Of a DNA stretch of 64,000 nucleotides, positions 13,801-27,987 are shown one piece after another (the first letter of the stretch is position 1; each line of letters opens with the position of its first letter). The notes below the pieces were generated by a model that had not been told where the DNA came from, made no database searches, and worked only from the letters and a program-made list of their open reading frames with translations. The stretch comes from Oculina patagonica. Its lineage: Eukaryota. The stretch covers positions 63,364,001-63,428,000 of the forward strand of contig NC_135761.1 of assembly GCF_052425735.1 (NCBI RefSeq), given 5' to 3'. The position numbers were made by a program, and so were the translations under genes.

Positions 13801-16800
13801 CTTGTGTCATTGCAAACCCTCTGAACTAGCGTAAAATGTTTCAAAAGGTAAGCTTCTATTTTTTAATCAGGTATCCGCATCACTGACGTCATAAAACATG
13901 GTCCTTTTAATCTGCACCATCATTTGTCTTTCCGATCTTCTTATAATCAAAAAGCTGAGAAAATCAGTTATCTTTGTTACAATTCTTTAAACTGCTGAAA
14001 ACAAATTACATGCACACGACGATATAAAGTCGTGCACCATAACATGTTTTGGCTTAGGTCAAGCTTACAATGACTATCTTTTATCAGTTTTGTTTTGTCA
14101 GAAAGGAAACCCCCCCCCCCCCCCCCAGCTGGAGAATGAAGAAAAAGAAACCTTGGCCTCGAGCGCTTTCACCCGCTCTGGGATTGAGGGGAGGGGAATG
14201 GGAACCAATAGCGCGTTAATTCTCCGCCTAGTCCATATCTCCCTCCCTTATGTTATCCACGTTGAAAAGAAATCCTCAGCGAGTTGTATTCTTTTATTGC
14301 GAGTTCTATTCTCAGCTTTACTCAGGAGTTTATTCGACAAAAGAATAGCCAATCTCATTTACCAAGGTTACGGTTTGAAATGTTGATTTGTAAAGAAAAT
14401 AATCTAGTCTTTGAACAGGTTTAACAGGTCAAGTTGCTGAACATCAGTTCATTTACTAATTATTTGTTCTACTAATAAACTGGAAGTTTAAACATGTTTG
14501 AAGCAACAATTCGCTGCCAAGATATGCAAACTAGTAAGCCAAACAATAAACGGTGGCCTTGGTTCCCATGCATGTGAAGGGCATGGGAAAACACTTCTTA
14601 TTTTACCAAACAACAAGTTCAAGGTTATAGGATGCCCAGAATAGTCGTTCATTGCTAAGGTTTGCAAATTAATTGAGTATCCTAGCAACAGATACTTCTG
14701 AAGGACATGCAACCACCAAAAAATTTCATTTGTCATATTGAGTCCTAATTTCATACTTTGAGGGCCTTGTCGTTGCCTCAGCGTTGTCTTTACACTGAGA
14801 TCTTTCAGTTATAATTCAGAAGTGAACTCTAGTAAATTTATAGCGCGTTTTGGGACAGACATGGCTTGTACGTGTCGGTGATTTCTACCGCGCAGCTGGT
14901 TAACTGTGACCCACAAGAGAAAATGTAACAGCTGATCAATTTTTTATTGTTCTTTTTTTCATATTTTTGTCTGTTGGTTAATTGTCGTGTCAATGTTTGT
15001 CATAAAATCCAATTAAAAGTTTTCTGGTCGGTGACCGGGAAAAGACACGAACATATTGCCTCGATCACGTCCCGTAATACCGTACTGATTGATCTTTGAT
15101 CACTTGTTTGTGACCACTTTGTTCTCATCTAATTTTCTTGTACTGTTCTAGTCTCGTCTGTCTGTGTTTACCCGTCTGTTTGTTTATTGTTAATTTAGTT
15201 AGTTCCTACAAGGCAAGCCCAACTACAGTGCAAAAAATGAAAACATCTGAGACGTGACTTTTACACTCACTCAGAAAGTGACTGAAGTGGCCATAAATCG
15301 CGCATATTATATTCGGCGGGTCGTGGTCAATTAAACAGTGGTCGGTCCATTCCCGCGTGAATGGTGCATAAAATATTGAATACCGCATTTCTTCCATCAT
15401 GTGTTTCTGATATTAAAATAACCCTATAGATGTGCAAAAACAAATAAAAGTACACCGTAAGAAAAGGTAGAATAACTCCTAATTTCTTTACAAAGATAAA
15501 ATCGTACTATAAAATGATAAAGCTAGTTTAAGTGATTTACCAAGTGAATGGCATTTCCACGACAGTACATTGCATAGACTCGTTATTTTGTGTGAGTTAC
15601 TTCATGTGAAATGCTTGATATTCCCGCTTTCATTGTTTGTTTTTTAGCACGTAACATTGGCTTCATGAATGCAGAACGATAAATAACCTAAATTTTAGAA
15701 TTACGGGCGATTTCCTTATCTCGTTTTTGCTAATCTGTTTAAATGCAGAAGGGACGACACTGGTATTTACATCCTCTTACCTCAACAAATGGTGAGGGGA
15801 ATCCGCTGAGTGAAGTGCAGGCGCAAACGAAAAGTAAATCCACCCTCCCTTCCCTACCAAGTCTTTCGTCCCACACTCGCCCCAGCCCGCACGCGTGTTT
15901 CAATTTAGTAAATTTTGAACCGGATATTTAGCGGAGGCGTCTATCTACAGACGTCTCATGTGTACCGTCTCCCCGGGGGCAGAATGCGGAAGGAATGGGT
16001 CACTCGATTCTGTCATAACAAAGGAAGTTGTGGTTAAGAACCTCCACGAAGTGAACAAATATTTTAACATGTGACCAGAGAGCGGTTCAAAGTTTGTTTA
16101 CCAGCCGGCTGCCTGCATATGTCTGGGCTTTCTTAGTTAGTCCCGTGCGTTTACTTAAAATTAGACGGGTGATTTGAAGTCAGCTTGACAGCGAGTTATT
16201 GGCAGGAGGATACTGAGCTTAGGATCGCAGATTAGCAAAAAGTTATAGCAGTGAGCTGGTGAGTAGGGACTAATTTCGACTTAGTACACCTGTAGTGGTA
16301 GATGGCGAGAATCGGTCAGTGCATGCATGCATGCTAGATATGTCGTTTTGATCGATTTATCATACACGTTATACAGGGTTTACGTATTTTAGCCATATGC
16401 TAAGTCTCTCGGTTGCCGATTAAAATTGAGGATCGCAACTCAAGCAAAGCGTTTCAAGAGTTCTGAACAACAAGTCTGCATGATATACACCCTTCTCTCT
16501 AAACTCAAACAATGAATTAACTGTGTTTCATTTGGCATTACTACTAAACGAGTCTAGAACCCTAATGAAGGGACAGACAAACTGTCTTTTGGTTTTTTGA
16601 TTCCGTCACAATATTAGAGCACAATGTTATAATTGACTTGCTTAGTTTATGGCAGGGGCGGACGCATGATTTGCTCGAATGTATACAGATGTATCTATGC
16701 GCCTTTACGAGTGCTACATTTTGAAGTAAATTAATTTAACAAATTTTACACCTTGTCTTAATATAGTTTTAAATTTGATGTTCGTTATATTTTTATTCCA

Positions 16801-19800
16801 GTTACCCTTAGTAAGACATATATATTTTTCAGACACCTCCGTATCATATATATCCGGCCTTAATTAATTCATGAGATCGTTTCTATCGCTATGTTTTAGA
16901 CCCCGGTAAGTGTTTATCATTTTAGTGCCAGTTAGAACGTGAAATTGACATTTGCATTTGCGTCAAATGACAATTTCACGTTGATTTATTACACATTTGC
17001 GGAAAAAAAGCAAGTGCCTCGATTAAGCCTAAGGCTTGGTAAGCTTGTTCACTAGGCACGGAATCACAACAAAAAGAGGACCGAATCGGCCGAAACCTGG
17101 AATACTGGAAAATATTTTTAAAAAAATTCTCAATGTCAAAGACGAGAAAATGATTTGTTTGCATCTAAACAAACGTCCATACGCGTAAGCACTGCGAGCC
17201 GTTCTCGTAGCTTTTCCCGCCTCACCGATTGCATGTTTTCTTCTCCTGGTCTTTTGCCTTGTCAATCAAGTAAGATTTTGCAAAATTAAAGTTGCCAACT
17301 TCAACTTTATATCGCCCACCGTACCATTTCTGCGTTACCAAAAAAGAAAGCCCTAAGCTGCTTTGCGTGTAGTGTAGAAGAGTGACTCCAACTATACAAG
17401 ACTAATACTATGGAAGCACGCGTCCTGAACACCAAGGGTTTCTTCAGTCTTCTGAAAATTTCGCTCTTCTTCTCTAGCCCCTTATACAAAATACTTTTCA
17501 TCAAGAGCTCAAAATGTGTCCACAATGAATGATATGACTTGACACGAACACGAACAATTACAGTGGTTTAATGTTGTAGAACTGTACTCGACAATTAGTA
17601 ACTAATTACGATAAGAATGATCTAAGTGGATTAAAATGCCAGAGCATCATATATGTTCATATGGAAAAAGCAATACTGAACGTGATAATTTGACGAGAAT
17701 TCCTTTATTTGAGTACCCATAGAGCATGTCTATGTTCACAGGAACATGCATGTGTAAAGTTCGACAAACGATGAGAGAAATCTTCATTCCAGGCCAGCTT
17801 TACATTAACTAGCGACTTTGATGACACGCTTCTGCTTGTAGATATAAATTGTTTTTCCTCTATAGAACAGTTCATATGTTTCCTTTTCATGTCGTACCAT
17901 CTAAGAAGAGAATCTGAACGTTTAGAGAACGTACAAAATTGATTATATAGGAGTCATGTAACGATAATGAAGGCATTGTTGGCGTTGCAAAAGATGGCTT
18001 TCAGATCAAAGTATTAACCTATGATCAAAGTTAAACAATGATATACTGAGGCATAGGAAAATTATAAGCTGAAAAGGAAACAAGGATGATTGACATTCAA
18101 GAGGATTAGGATGGATTATGAACACTGGACTTGAAAAATTTAGGCTTCAGTTTTCAAGAGAGTGCCTGTCGTGACGTATCGTCCTCAAGCAGACGAGGAG
18201 AAGAGAAGAGTCGATAAGTGCATGAAACAAAATATGCTTACTTTTGTGTAGTTATTCAATTAATACGGTTGAATAGCTGGTGACAGAGTTCCATTGACGA
18301 CAAAGAACAAAGTAGGTTTGTGTTTTCCAATCTGTGGAGGTGCGGTTCATTAATCTGGTTAGCTCAAGAAGAGTAGAGATTCTTTGAGTTGCTTATACAA
18401 AGCAGGGCTACTTTTCTATCACAGTGTCTCCAAACGGCCAGCGGAGCTTCATCCGATATATTGGAGTAATACGGGTCATGTGTCTGCTAAAGGTAATGGT
18501 TTTTGAGCAGCTTTAGTTTGTTCGTGACTCGAATTTTTAATGCCTTTAGTGTGGAACAAGGCACCTCTTTTCAAGTATCTTATGGGTTTTTTTTTTTGCA
18601 TCCCGTGTCCATTGCATGCAAAAGGTTAACAAACTTAGGCATCTTTTGTTCAAGCACAGTATAGGTGTTTGGGAGAGCCTTGAGGGAGGGTTCTCAAATT
18701 TGTGAGCCAACGCCAAACCGACGAAACACAGCAGCAGCTAACGAGCAACCTGTAGTGAACTTTGCACTTGCCGGGAATTTGTAAGGGGAGTGGGGAGGGA
18801 GCGGGAAGGAATGCCTCACATCAGCTTTGTTGGTATGAGCTGCCCAAAAGGTCATATATTTTGCTTCTTTTGCCTGAAACAAGTTTAACAGTCAGTCTTT
18901 TACACTAGGTATAAGGCATCTAGTGAGCCGCTTGACTGCAACATTTAACTTCCAAATAAAACTGGGAAAGAAATTGAAAAGCGCTTTTGTCAGATCCAAT
19001 AAGTTTTCTTGGTTACTTCAATGGGCGAGTGTTTGAATTTGAGCCCATCCGGATTGTCATTACCACGAGCACTTTATAGACAACTTTTTTCCTGTTTTTC
19101 TTTCTGTGCGGCATACACTCTGCTGAAGAGANNNNNNNNNNNNNNNNNNNNNNNNNNNNNNNNNNNNNNNNNNNNNNNNNNNNNNNNNNNNNNNNNNNNN
19201 NNNNNNNNNNNNNNNNNNNNNNNNNNNNNNNNNNNNNNNNNNNNNNNNNNNNNNNNNNNNNNNNNNNNGGATCGAACGGGGGTAAAAACCAACTTCAGGC
19301 CTGAAATTAAATATTGTGGTCTCAGTTTGCTACATTCTTGGACAATTGAAATAAAAATTAAAACCACCCCCTCCCCCATTTTAATGACAGGAAATATTAC
19401 GCGTTTTGGTTTTAGCGCGAATTCATCAGTAAATCGGGGGAAGAGGAGAGGTTCATTTCTCTTTTTATTCGTCCAAGATTGAAGGATAAGGGTTTCAAGA
19501 ACAGGATCTAGGAAGGAGCACCCCTGCCACAATTTTAATTTGTACTCCTCCCCCCCGCCCCCTGGGAAAATTAGCATAATATGCCCTGACTCAAGGCACT
19601 CGTAAACGGACTTTGGAATTACTTCACTTTAGAACATACCACTTTTGGTGTTTTGTTACATAACACATGTTACATAACAACGCACGTGAAGACACTTGTT
19701 AGCCATGGTTATATTTGATTGACATGCCTAATAACCGTATAAAAACAAAACGAGTGTAGAACATTTGAAAATCAGCGTCTGAACATGTAAGCCTTAAACA

Positions 19801-19917
19801 AAGTGGAACACCTTGTTTTTCGAAGCAGCGTTTTGAAGGGATGAGCATCGCTCTTGTTTCGCCCGTGACATGCAAAACATGCACTCAACACGTGAAGCAG
19901 GCACGAGAAGGCAGTTT

Positions 19918-19931
19918 GTCACCATGGTAAC
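19918..19931. promoter_or_regulatory. RFX X-box motif
   Basis: GTCACCATGGTAAC matches the X-box consensus. A probable 5'UTR exon donor (AAG|GTAAGC at 20153) follows it, upstream of the 21099 ORF. Confidence 0.55.
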
Positions 19932-21098
19932 CATGATAAGCATGGATAACTTTGATTGACGGGCTAAGAGTATATCGCTCTTGCTTCCTGAGTGTTAATT
20001 GTATTTACTTAAAAAATCTTGCCCGAGGAATACAATCACGGCATCACGCCAACTTGTAAAGGTTTGAACCACAGGAGAGGTGACTTTCTGCGTCATCCAA
20101 GCTCTTTCTTTCTCATTAACACATACTTAAATAAGTTCTTTGAATTCTTAAGGTAAGCAGAACTTTATTTTAGAAATTTCGTAGGAATATTTGCTTTATT
20201 ATATTCATCCATAATTGATTTTTCTATCCAAAAGTTATTTTGTATTGCCAGTGGCAAGTATCCATTCCCTTGACCTCTTGAAATTGTTTAAAACAGTACT
20301 ATGCAACAAACGGTGGTGTTGGGCAGTCTGTCAGTGAGTCCACTCCAAAAAGGCTGTCTGCTTTAATTTTGTGGACAATTATTCGTCCGTATAAAATGCA
20401 CATATCGCTCGCAGGTCAATTAAGCTGATCATTGTCTTAATGGATTAAAAAAATTGCTCTTTTACCAACAAACCGTCATTAAATGGTTTCATGGCATGTA
20501 CTTCAATTAGAAGCTGTATTTGTTAGGGAAAGCTCTGTGTTCTCTCTATAATTTAATTGTGTAAACTTTTGTGTTAATAAATTTGCCGGCCGGTCAAGTT
20601 GAGTCAGTGAAACCACAGAGAACAAAAGGGCAATACAAGTATTTGTTTGCTATGCAGGAATTGTAAGAGCCACTCTGTTAATGAGGTGTCGCCCGCTACA
20701 AGGCACAAGATCACGCACGCACATTTAGTATCAAATATGCCTCTTACTTTCGAACTAAAAAAATCAAACGTCTCGTATCGCCCTTGAAAAAGACAAGAAG
20801 TTGATAATAAGCAGTATTGAGCTGGTTTGGTGCATTTAATAGGCTTAACTTTAGGTGAACCGGAACAGAATTATATTACTCGGATGACAATGTCATTTAT
20901 TTATGTATAGGTCGTAGTAATTTACGAGAGCAGTAATCGATACTCGACACATTCCTGAATGTTCTTGCTGTGTTGATTTTTGTCTCAGACAACAAACTGT
21001 ATTTTACCTCTTCTGATATCAGGTGATGAGCCTTGCCGGTCAGGGAAAAGGACTTATCAAAGCAAGGAAACCTTCCCGACCCTTATGATTGGTTCACA

Positions 21099-21941
21099 AT
21101 GAAGGAAATACCGATGAAGAAGTCTGACAATAGCCTACTTCCACTTCGCGGTAAAATATCGCCTCCCACGATTTTAAACTGCGAAAGTCATGCTACAGAG
21201 CAGAGAGATTACAATAGGGAAACCACAAACCCTGTGTTTGGAAGAGAACGTTTGTTTTCCGCGTCTTCAAAGAGCGCTTCTAGCTCTAAACACGATTCAA
21301 GTTTGTCCGAAAGATGCCTGACTCCGCCGTTTACTCCACCGGCAGACGGTGACCACGGTGTCCTGTTAAGAAGACCTTCTGAGCATTTTCTTGAAGTTTT
21401 AGAAGAACATAAACAGGGACCAACTTTACCTAAGGTATTATCAGCGTCGTGTTTGCCTCCACTGCGCCGAGCGTTTCAAGGAGAAGACTCGTCCAAAAGG
21501 ATTTTGAGAGGAACTAAAATTGCATTCAGTGGTAACATTCACGCTGAGACTACATTTTCGCGCCAAGTGGAATCTAATGGGGGTCCGTTGCTTCTTGTTT
21601 CTGGGGAGAGGAGAGAGCTGACAGCACCAAACCTCGTTAACAAAAGGATTCTACGCAAATCACAATCCCTACCTTTGATTAAGCCATGCTCTGCTCTAAC
21701 CGCAGGAATAGACTACCTAAACGTTTCCGGCTTTCAAAACCACACACAATCCGCGATCTTGAGTGAGGAACAAAAAATAGGCACCTGCAATCGAGCGAAT
21801 AATTCGCCTATCGACGAATATCTAGAGGAAATAAGCGATGAAGACGAGGAAATTGATGAAGATGACGAAGAAAACACCTTAGAGAAGTTTAGTATGATTT
21901 GTCACTGGTTAAAAGACTGCGAGAAAGCTAAGGTCTCGTAG
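21099..21941 (+). CDS. Uncharacterised disordered protein (~280 aa) with an acidic stretch and C-terminal KFSMICHWL motif
   Basis: Long ORF in AT-rich DNA. The first in-frame ATG is at 21099 (the ORF track starts at TTG 21033, after a TGA at 21027). Upstream acceptors lie at ~20910 and 21022. Confidence 0.7.
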   Translation: MKEIPMKKSDNSLLPLRGKISPPTILNCESHATEQRDYNRETTNPVFGRERLFSASSKSASSSKHDSSLSERCLTPPFTPPADGDHGVLLRRPSEHFLEVLEEHKQGPTLPKVLSASCLPPLRRAFQGEDSSKRILRGTKIAFSGNIHAETTFSRQVESNGGPLLLVSGERRELTAPNLVNKRILRKSQSLPLIKPCSALTAGIDYLNVSGFQNHTQSAILSEEQKIGTCNRANNSPIDEYLEEISDEDEEIDEDDEENTLEKFSMICHWLKDCEKAKVS

Positions 21942-24900
21942 CAGCAGGATTTCAAACAGTTATTCAGGAAATGTCTCTGTAAATATCGGTTTTTGTGGAC
22001 TTTGCGTGCATGCTGTGTCGAAAGATATCAGCACTCAGTTTCTCTTATTACAAATTTATCTAATTCTGTGTCCCTTGGAAGAAAAGACCCTTCCACATAT
22101 TTTTCAACAACTTGATAGTTACCTTGGGTAGAAAATTCCCTATCGACACTGCTGAATAGAACAATAGAACACCTCCGGTTTGAATTAGTAGGGTTCCCAT
22201 AGAAGTCTTAAATTTTACCTTTCGTGTAGCAGAAAAGATATAGCTTACACAACATCTGTGTTGGCTTGCAAAATTGTGCAATTTTCACCTCGATCGGCGA
22301 TATGGCGATATCATGGGTGGGGTATTTAGTTGATCTGTTCCCACTATAAAAATCATTCTGTGAACGTTTTACACTTTTACGTTTCATCTCAGTCGGGTCA
22401 AAACAAGGCAGAGATCACTCCAACTTGTGAAAGTTTTACTCATTTTAAAGTACTTTTGACAAAGTGTCGATAAGTTTTCTATCCAAGGGAAATATCAGGC
22501 AGTTATTTAAACAAACGAGATCAATACTTCAGGATTAAACTATATTGCTTAACTTAATCGCCTTTATGTGGAATCATAAATAAGGCAACACACCATCGAG
22601 CAAAAAAAAAATAATCTGGATAATTAATTTCAACTTTCTCTTTTTTGTTGGGAAATCAAAAAATGCGTGATGTAACTTTGACCCGACGTGTCCACCGCTA
22701 AATCGTGTCCACGTGTCCACCGCTAAATCCGGTGCTCATCACGGAATCAATCTTAACTTCTTCCCCGGCCGGTACGGGGTATAATTTCAGTGGCAGTTCA
22801 TTTGAAAATTTGTAAATAACTTATTGAAAAGATGTACATTGCTAGTTAACGAAGCGCTAAATTGATACAATTTGTTACAAATTTTGCAAAATCGCTATAT
22901 TTTCTTATCATAACAGCATCTGTTTCTTATTATAGTGTTATTTTTAATTTATATACTGCGTGGTTATACTATAATAAGACAAAGAAAAGGCGGCCGCCAT
23001 GAAAGATTTATTTACGTCTCGTCCGCTAGAAAAGTGGCGTGTATTTGTTTAGAGTTTATCCACAATGTGGCAGACCTGCATTTCTGCTTACTTTATTCCA
23101 CTGGGTGGTCTTATGGAATATTTACTTTTTTCAGTGGAGGCAAAAACTGCTTATCGCGACCCAAGATATATATGTCAAGTGCATTTATCTGCTGCAAACT
23201 TTGTACATAAAAGAGTGATATGTAAAAGATAATTTATTCTTATAATGTGTGTTCGGTGCACGGGATCGAGATTAAAAATAAATAAAAGTCGATGTTAATT
23301 ATTCAAAGTCAGTGTACTTGCATTGAATTGTTTGCCGGTTAATGTTCTTACTTGGAGAAGGCTGTAAAGATCTATGGCAATAAAAATCATAAAGTTGGGA
23401 ATATTGTCTTGATAAATTACCAAATTATCCGAACTAACATTGTAGAACGTTAAGTAATAAGTAAAGAGAATTTATCTTCTGAGCTTGGAATGATTTGTAA
23501 GGAATACAATGGAAAATTGCGGCATGTTGGAAAACGAAAATTGGACGGTCGAGATATCGGGAGTAAAATTGTAATATTGGACTCGACTTTTGGTTTGTGA
23601 GAAGGATCAAGAAATCAAGGGATCAAGTAATCTGGATTCCATTGTCCTTAAAAAGCCTCAGTGGTTTTCACTAACGATGCAACCATAAGCGCAAGCAAAA
23701 TAGTCTATACAAGCACTTAGCAACACAAACGCGAGCCTGAACAATCAAATGTTTAGTTGATCACTGTACTTGAGTGCGTTCGCATCTTGCTGCCATGTGC
23801 ATGTTAAGTCAGGCTTAAATGAGCAACCAAAATACTGCGAATATATTTGTGGCTTTCCTGGGCCCACTGAAGCGCGCGTGACTTGAAGATATATAGTTAT
23901 TGGGTGTGTGTCAAGTGTGTGGTGTCGCTAGAGGGGCTGCTGTAGTCAGGATTCCTAGTATTTTATCCAGAAAAACAATAGACTTGCAAACAAAGGGGCT
24001 CTATTTTAATTGTTTAAGCCTTAAAGCCATTCTGCTGAGACAATCAAATGAAACTTACTCCTTTATTTCTCGTTGAGAAATAATTTGGTGCAGTGAGCTA
24101 GCTAAACGCGAGCTGGCCTACACGCCGAACTACACCGGTTCGATAGTTCCGGGCTCGAGCCTGGCGTCTTTGTACTGTGCTCCTCCGCTGAACACTGTAT
24201 TCTCACAGTGCACCGGAGAGAATTTTCGAGTAAACTGATCAGATTTTTGACCGAAATATGGGTAACGCTAACCTGTGATAGACTAGTATCCCATCGAAGG
24301 CGGAGAAGTTTGACAGAAACCAGAGTCACCAGTGTGCCTGGGAACATGCCCCAAAACACACTAGCTTTATTCATTCAGTCTTAGATTTCGGTCAGAAATG
24401 ACTACCTGAATGATGATGAAGCCAACTAGCTACAGCTGAAAAAATGAAACGAGAAAAACCTTTCACCGACTAGTGCACGTTTCATTTTCGCGATTCTAGA
24501 CGAAAATTAATTCCTCGAGAAAATAGAGGGTATTAACAAAATACTTTGGGTGCGGTCAGCACCTGCTTAACATGTAGCTTGTTTGAAGTGTCTAGGGTAA
24601 CAGGATTAAAACAAGAGTATTTTTGCCACTGCAGGCAAAGAAAACGCTAGCGATTACGCTGGTACGAGATGCACTCCACGGCGGAAAGAAAAGAAGCAGG
24701 GACGACCAGAAAGGGCAAGTCAAAAATTTAAAACGCTTTCACTTCAAGCTGTTGATCATTAGGAAACTCAACGGCTGAAAGTTGTATAATCCAGTACGGA
24801 TGTTAGCTACCCAGGGGATCTGTTTCAAGAGTGAGCACCATACTTGTCTAAGTTCTGTAGTAGCTTAAATGACCTGCAGACATAATGTCCAATATCTTCT

Positions 24901-27900
24901 TGGAATTCTCCGTTAAGCTCCTTTCAGCAAGGACAGCTAGTTAAGGAGAGACAGACTTACTCAGTTGCATGGATGGTTTAAGTGAAGACAATGAAATTCC
25001 TTTATCTAATTTTAAACTGACAAAATAACTGCTGAGAAAAGTATGTTTAACAAACTCAGTCCCACACAGAGCGTCAATATTTACTGCCAACGAAATATGT
25101 CCAGCGTCGAAAGAATGTAAACCATGCATTCTCTCTTTACTCTCAAAACACTTGTAGCGGAAGGCGGAAGGAAGACAGAGCTATTGAAGTGTATACATAC
25201 TAGATCAGTGAGGGAAAGGTGATCAGTGAGGGAAAGGTGAACTGAAAAAATATTAAACTAAGCTTAAAAGCTTTGAGGCTACACAAACAACATATCGATA
25301 ACATTTGATTCCGTTCCCCTGTATGTGCACTTAAATGGCTGTTTACGATCATTTTCTAATATATTTGTTCTGGTGAAAGTATTTCATAAAAAAAATTCAT
25401 AGTCGAGTGTCTCTTTTGCTAATCCGGGCGCCATGTGTAAAGGCGCAAATTCTGTGATGATGGTGTACAATCGGATTATTGATTTTGAGGGCTCGGCTTT
25501 AGACCTTCATGTACGACAGAGAAGTTGAGGTACTTCTCTTGAAAAAGACACTGTCAAGGACACTCGTGTCCCCTCAAAGAACTAGTCTCCCGGCTACACC
25601 AGTTCTGATTGCGTGGGGGAGGGGAGGGCAGGGGGTGGACGTGGATAAGTATAGAGTAAATAAGTACTTCTAATTTTTAGATCTAGAGGGATCTTTTATG
25701 CATGCATCATTTATGATCTTTTATGTTTTTCATATATCATGTCCAGCTGCTAAAAGAACTCCAGAAATATGAAAATGTTCTTTTGCTTATATCTTCGTTA
25801 AAGTTTTCTTCAGTCTGTGCTTCCTCTATTTCATTACCCCTGCGTCTACGAATACCCCCCCCCCCCCATATTAGAAGAGGATACCTTCCCAAACGGACCA
25901 ACAGAGTCCACATAATTACGCTTAATCACGTCTCTTCAACTAAGAAATAAAACTCGGTAAATGTATGTTTTATACTGTCTGAAAAACGTTTTTCCTCATA
26001 ACTTAATCGAGGTATAAAATTATCTCTCCTTTTTTGGAACTTTTCTCAAAGAAAGATCTGGATCATGGTTATGGTCTTTTAAAAAGTGGAAAAATGTAAA
26101 ACGTGCTGTATTGGCCCATTTGGGAATAATGATAGTTATATAATCCTAGCACGAGTGACGTCCATGACTTATCTGCATGGTAGGTCGAGAAATTGTAGCT
26201 TTCTTAAGCTTTTGGAAGTAAAAATATCCGACCGGAAGGATATTAGCAGTTGACCCTTAACATTTCTCACCGATGGAACGTGCAGAGCAATCAAAAGATG
26301 GAATTTTAACAGTTAACAGTCTAAAAATACTGTTAAATTGCCTGACTAAAAGCTGATGTCCATATGATGCCCAGACTCGCTGATGGTTCACGGTGATTTG
26401 AATATTTTACTTGAGTGCGAGTTATATCTTTCAAGGTCGGCTAGGGTGTTTAGATATACAGCATACAGGGGGAATTTAAATTGGGTAGACAGTATTTTAA
26501 GCTAAAATTGGGCCTTCAATGAGTATAAAGTAAACTGTTTTTTTTCCAGGTTTTTTCTATGTTTTTGGTATTTTGCATGATTTTGAGCGAAAATTTTGGG
26601 TATACCGGTAACATGTTTTTCAGGAACATTGGTATACTATTTACCTTCCGGCCGACCTTGATCTTTCTCAGTGAGTCGCTTTTCAACTCTCAGGAGTTGG
26701 GAGGGGGGTATGGTACACCTGAACGACGGGGTAGTGCCGATAAATTTTGTGGTTTGTTTGCATTCTGTTTTTTGTTTTGTTTTTTTGCTTGGAGGGGAGG
26801 GGAGGGGTGTACAATTTTGCCGAATTCGTATTCTTCAGAGAGAAAAAATTCCGTTACTAGTTATTCCGTGTGTCTATTCCTGCCAGAAAAAGTACCCCCT
26901 GTCCGGGGGGACTCCTCATTGATGTTTAACAAAAAAGCGTGCAAAGCAGAACGTTTTCCGAAGCTCGGCAATTAAATAAATTTAGATAAAGAGGTCGGAG
27001 AAAATTCTAGTCAGACATTTATATCCAATCTCAAAGGATTAGTAGACCTCAGATTTTTAATTAGATGTCTCGTTAAAAGGGTCAGGAAAGAGAACTAGAT
27101 AAATTTTGACAAGTCGGCACAGATTCTCCGTGTCTTTTTATTACATATACCTGAAGTTGTTAAGATTACTAGGCACGTGTACACGAAACATACGGGGTAT
27201 GCCAACTTCGTTATATCTACTTTGTACTTTGTACTTTAAACAAACATACATCCACTGACTAAAAGAGCGTTTTCGTTCTGTAAAGAGCTAAAAGAAACAA
27301 GTTAGTAAAAAAAGATTAAAGCGAGTCGGATACACTCCAGTGTCACCAATGTATCTCCAAGGCTAATCTTGACAAGGATTCGTTTGTTTTCCACTAATCG
27401 TAAATCACCCAGCTTAGTATTNNNNNNNNNNNNNNNNNNNNNNNNNNNNNNNNNNNNNNNNNNNNNNNNNNNNNNNNNNNNNNNNNNNNNNNNNNNNNNN
27501 NNNNNNNNNNNNNNNNNNNNNNNNNNNNNNNNNNNNNNNNNNNNNNNNNNNNNNNNNNNNNNNNNNNNNNNNNNNNNNNNNNNNNNNNNNNNNNNNNNNN
27601 NNNNNNNNNNNNNNNNNNNNNNNNNNNNNNNNNNNNNNNNNNNNNNNNNNNNNNNNNNNNNNNNNNNNNNNNNNNNNNNNNNNNNNNNNNNNNNNNNNNN
27701 NNNNNNNNNNNNNNNNNNNNNNNNNNNNNNNNNNNNNNNNNNNNNNNNNNNNNNNNNNNNNNNNNNNNNNNNNNNNNNNNNNNNNNNNNNNNNNNNNNNN
27801 NNNNNNNNNNNNNNNNNNNNNNNNNNNNNNNNNNNNNNNNNNNNNNNNNNNNNNNNNNNNNNNNNNNNNNNNNNNNNNNNNNNNNNNNNNNNNNNNNNNN

Positions 27901-27987
27901 NNNNNNNNNNNNNNNNNNNNNCAAAGAATGTCAAGAATGTTTGATGATAGCGCTGTTTCGGGTCAAGGGGTCATTGCAGACTTTGAT

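Noticed and set aside
27302-27944. X-filled ORFs here and at 19009-19577 and 49758-50495
   Set aside because: Artefacts of N gaps.
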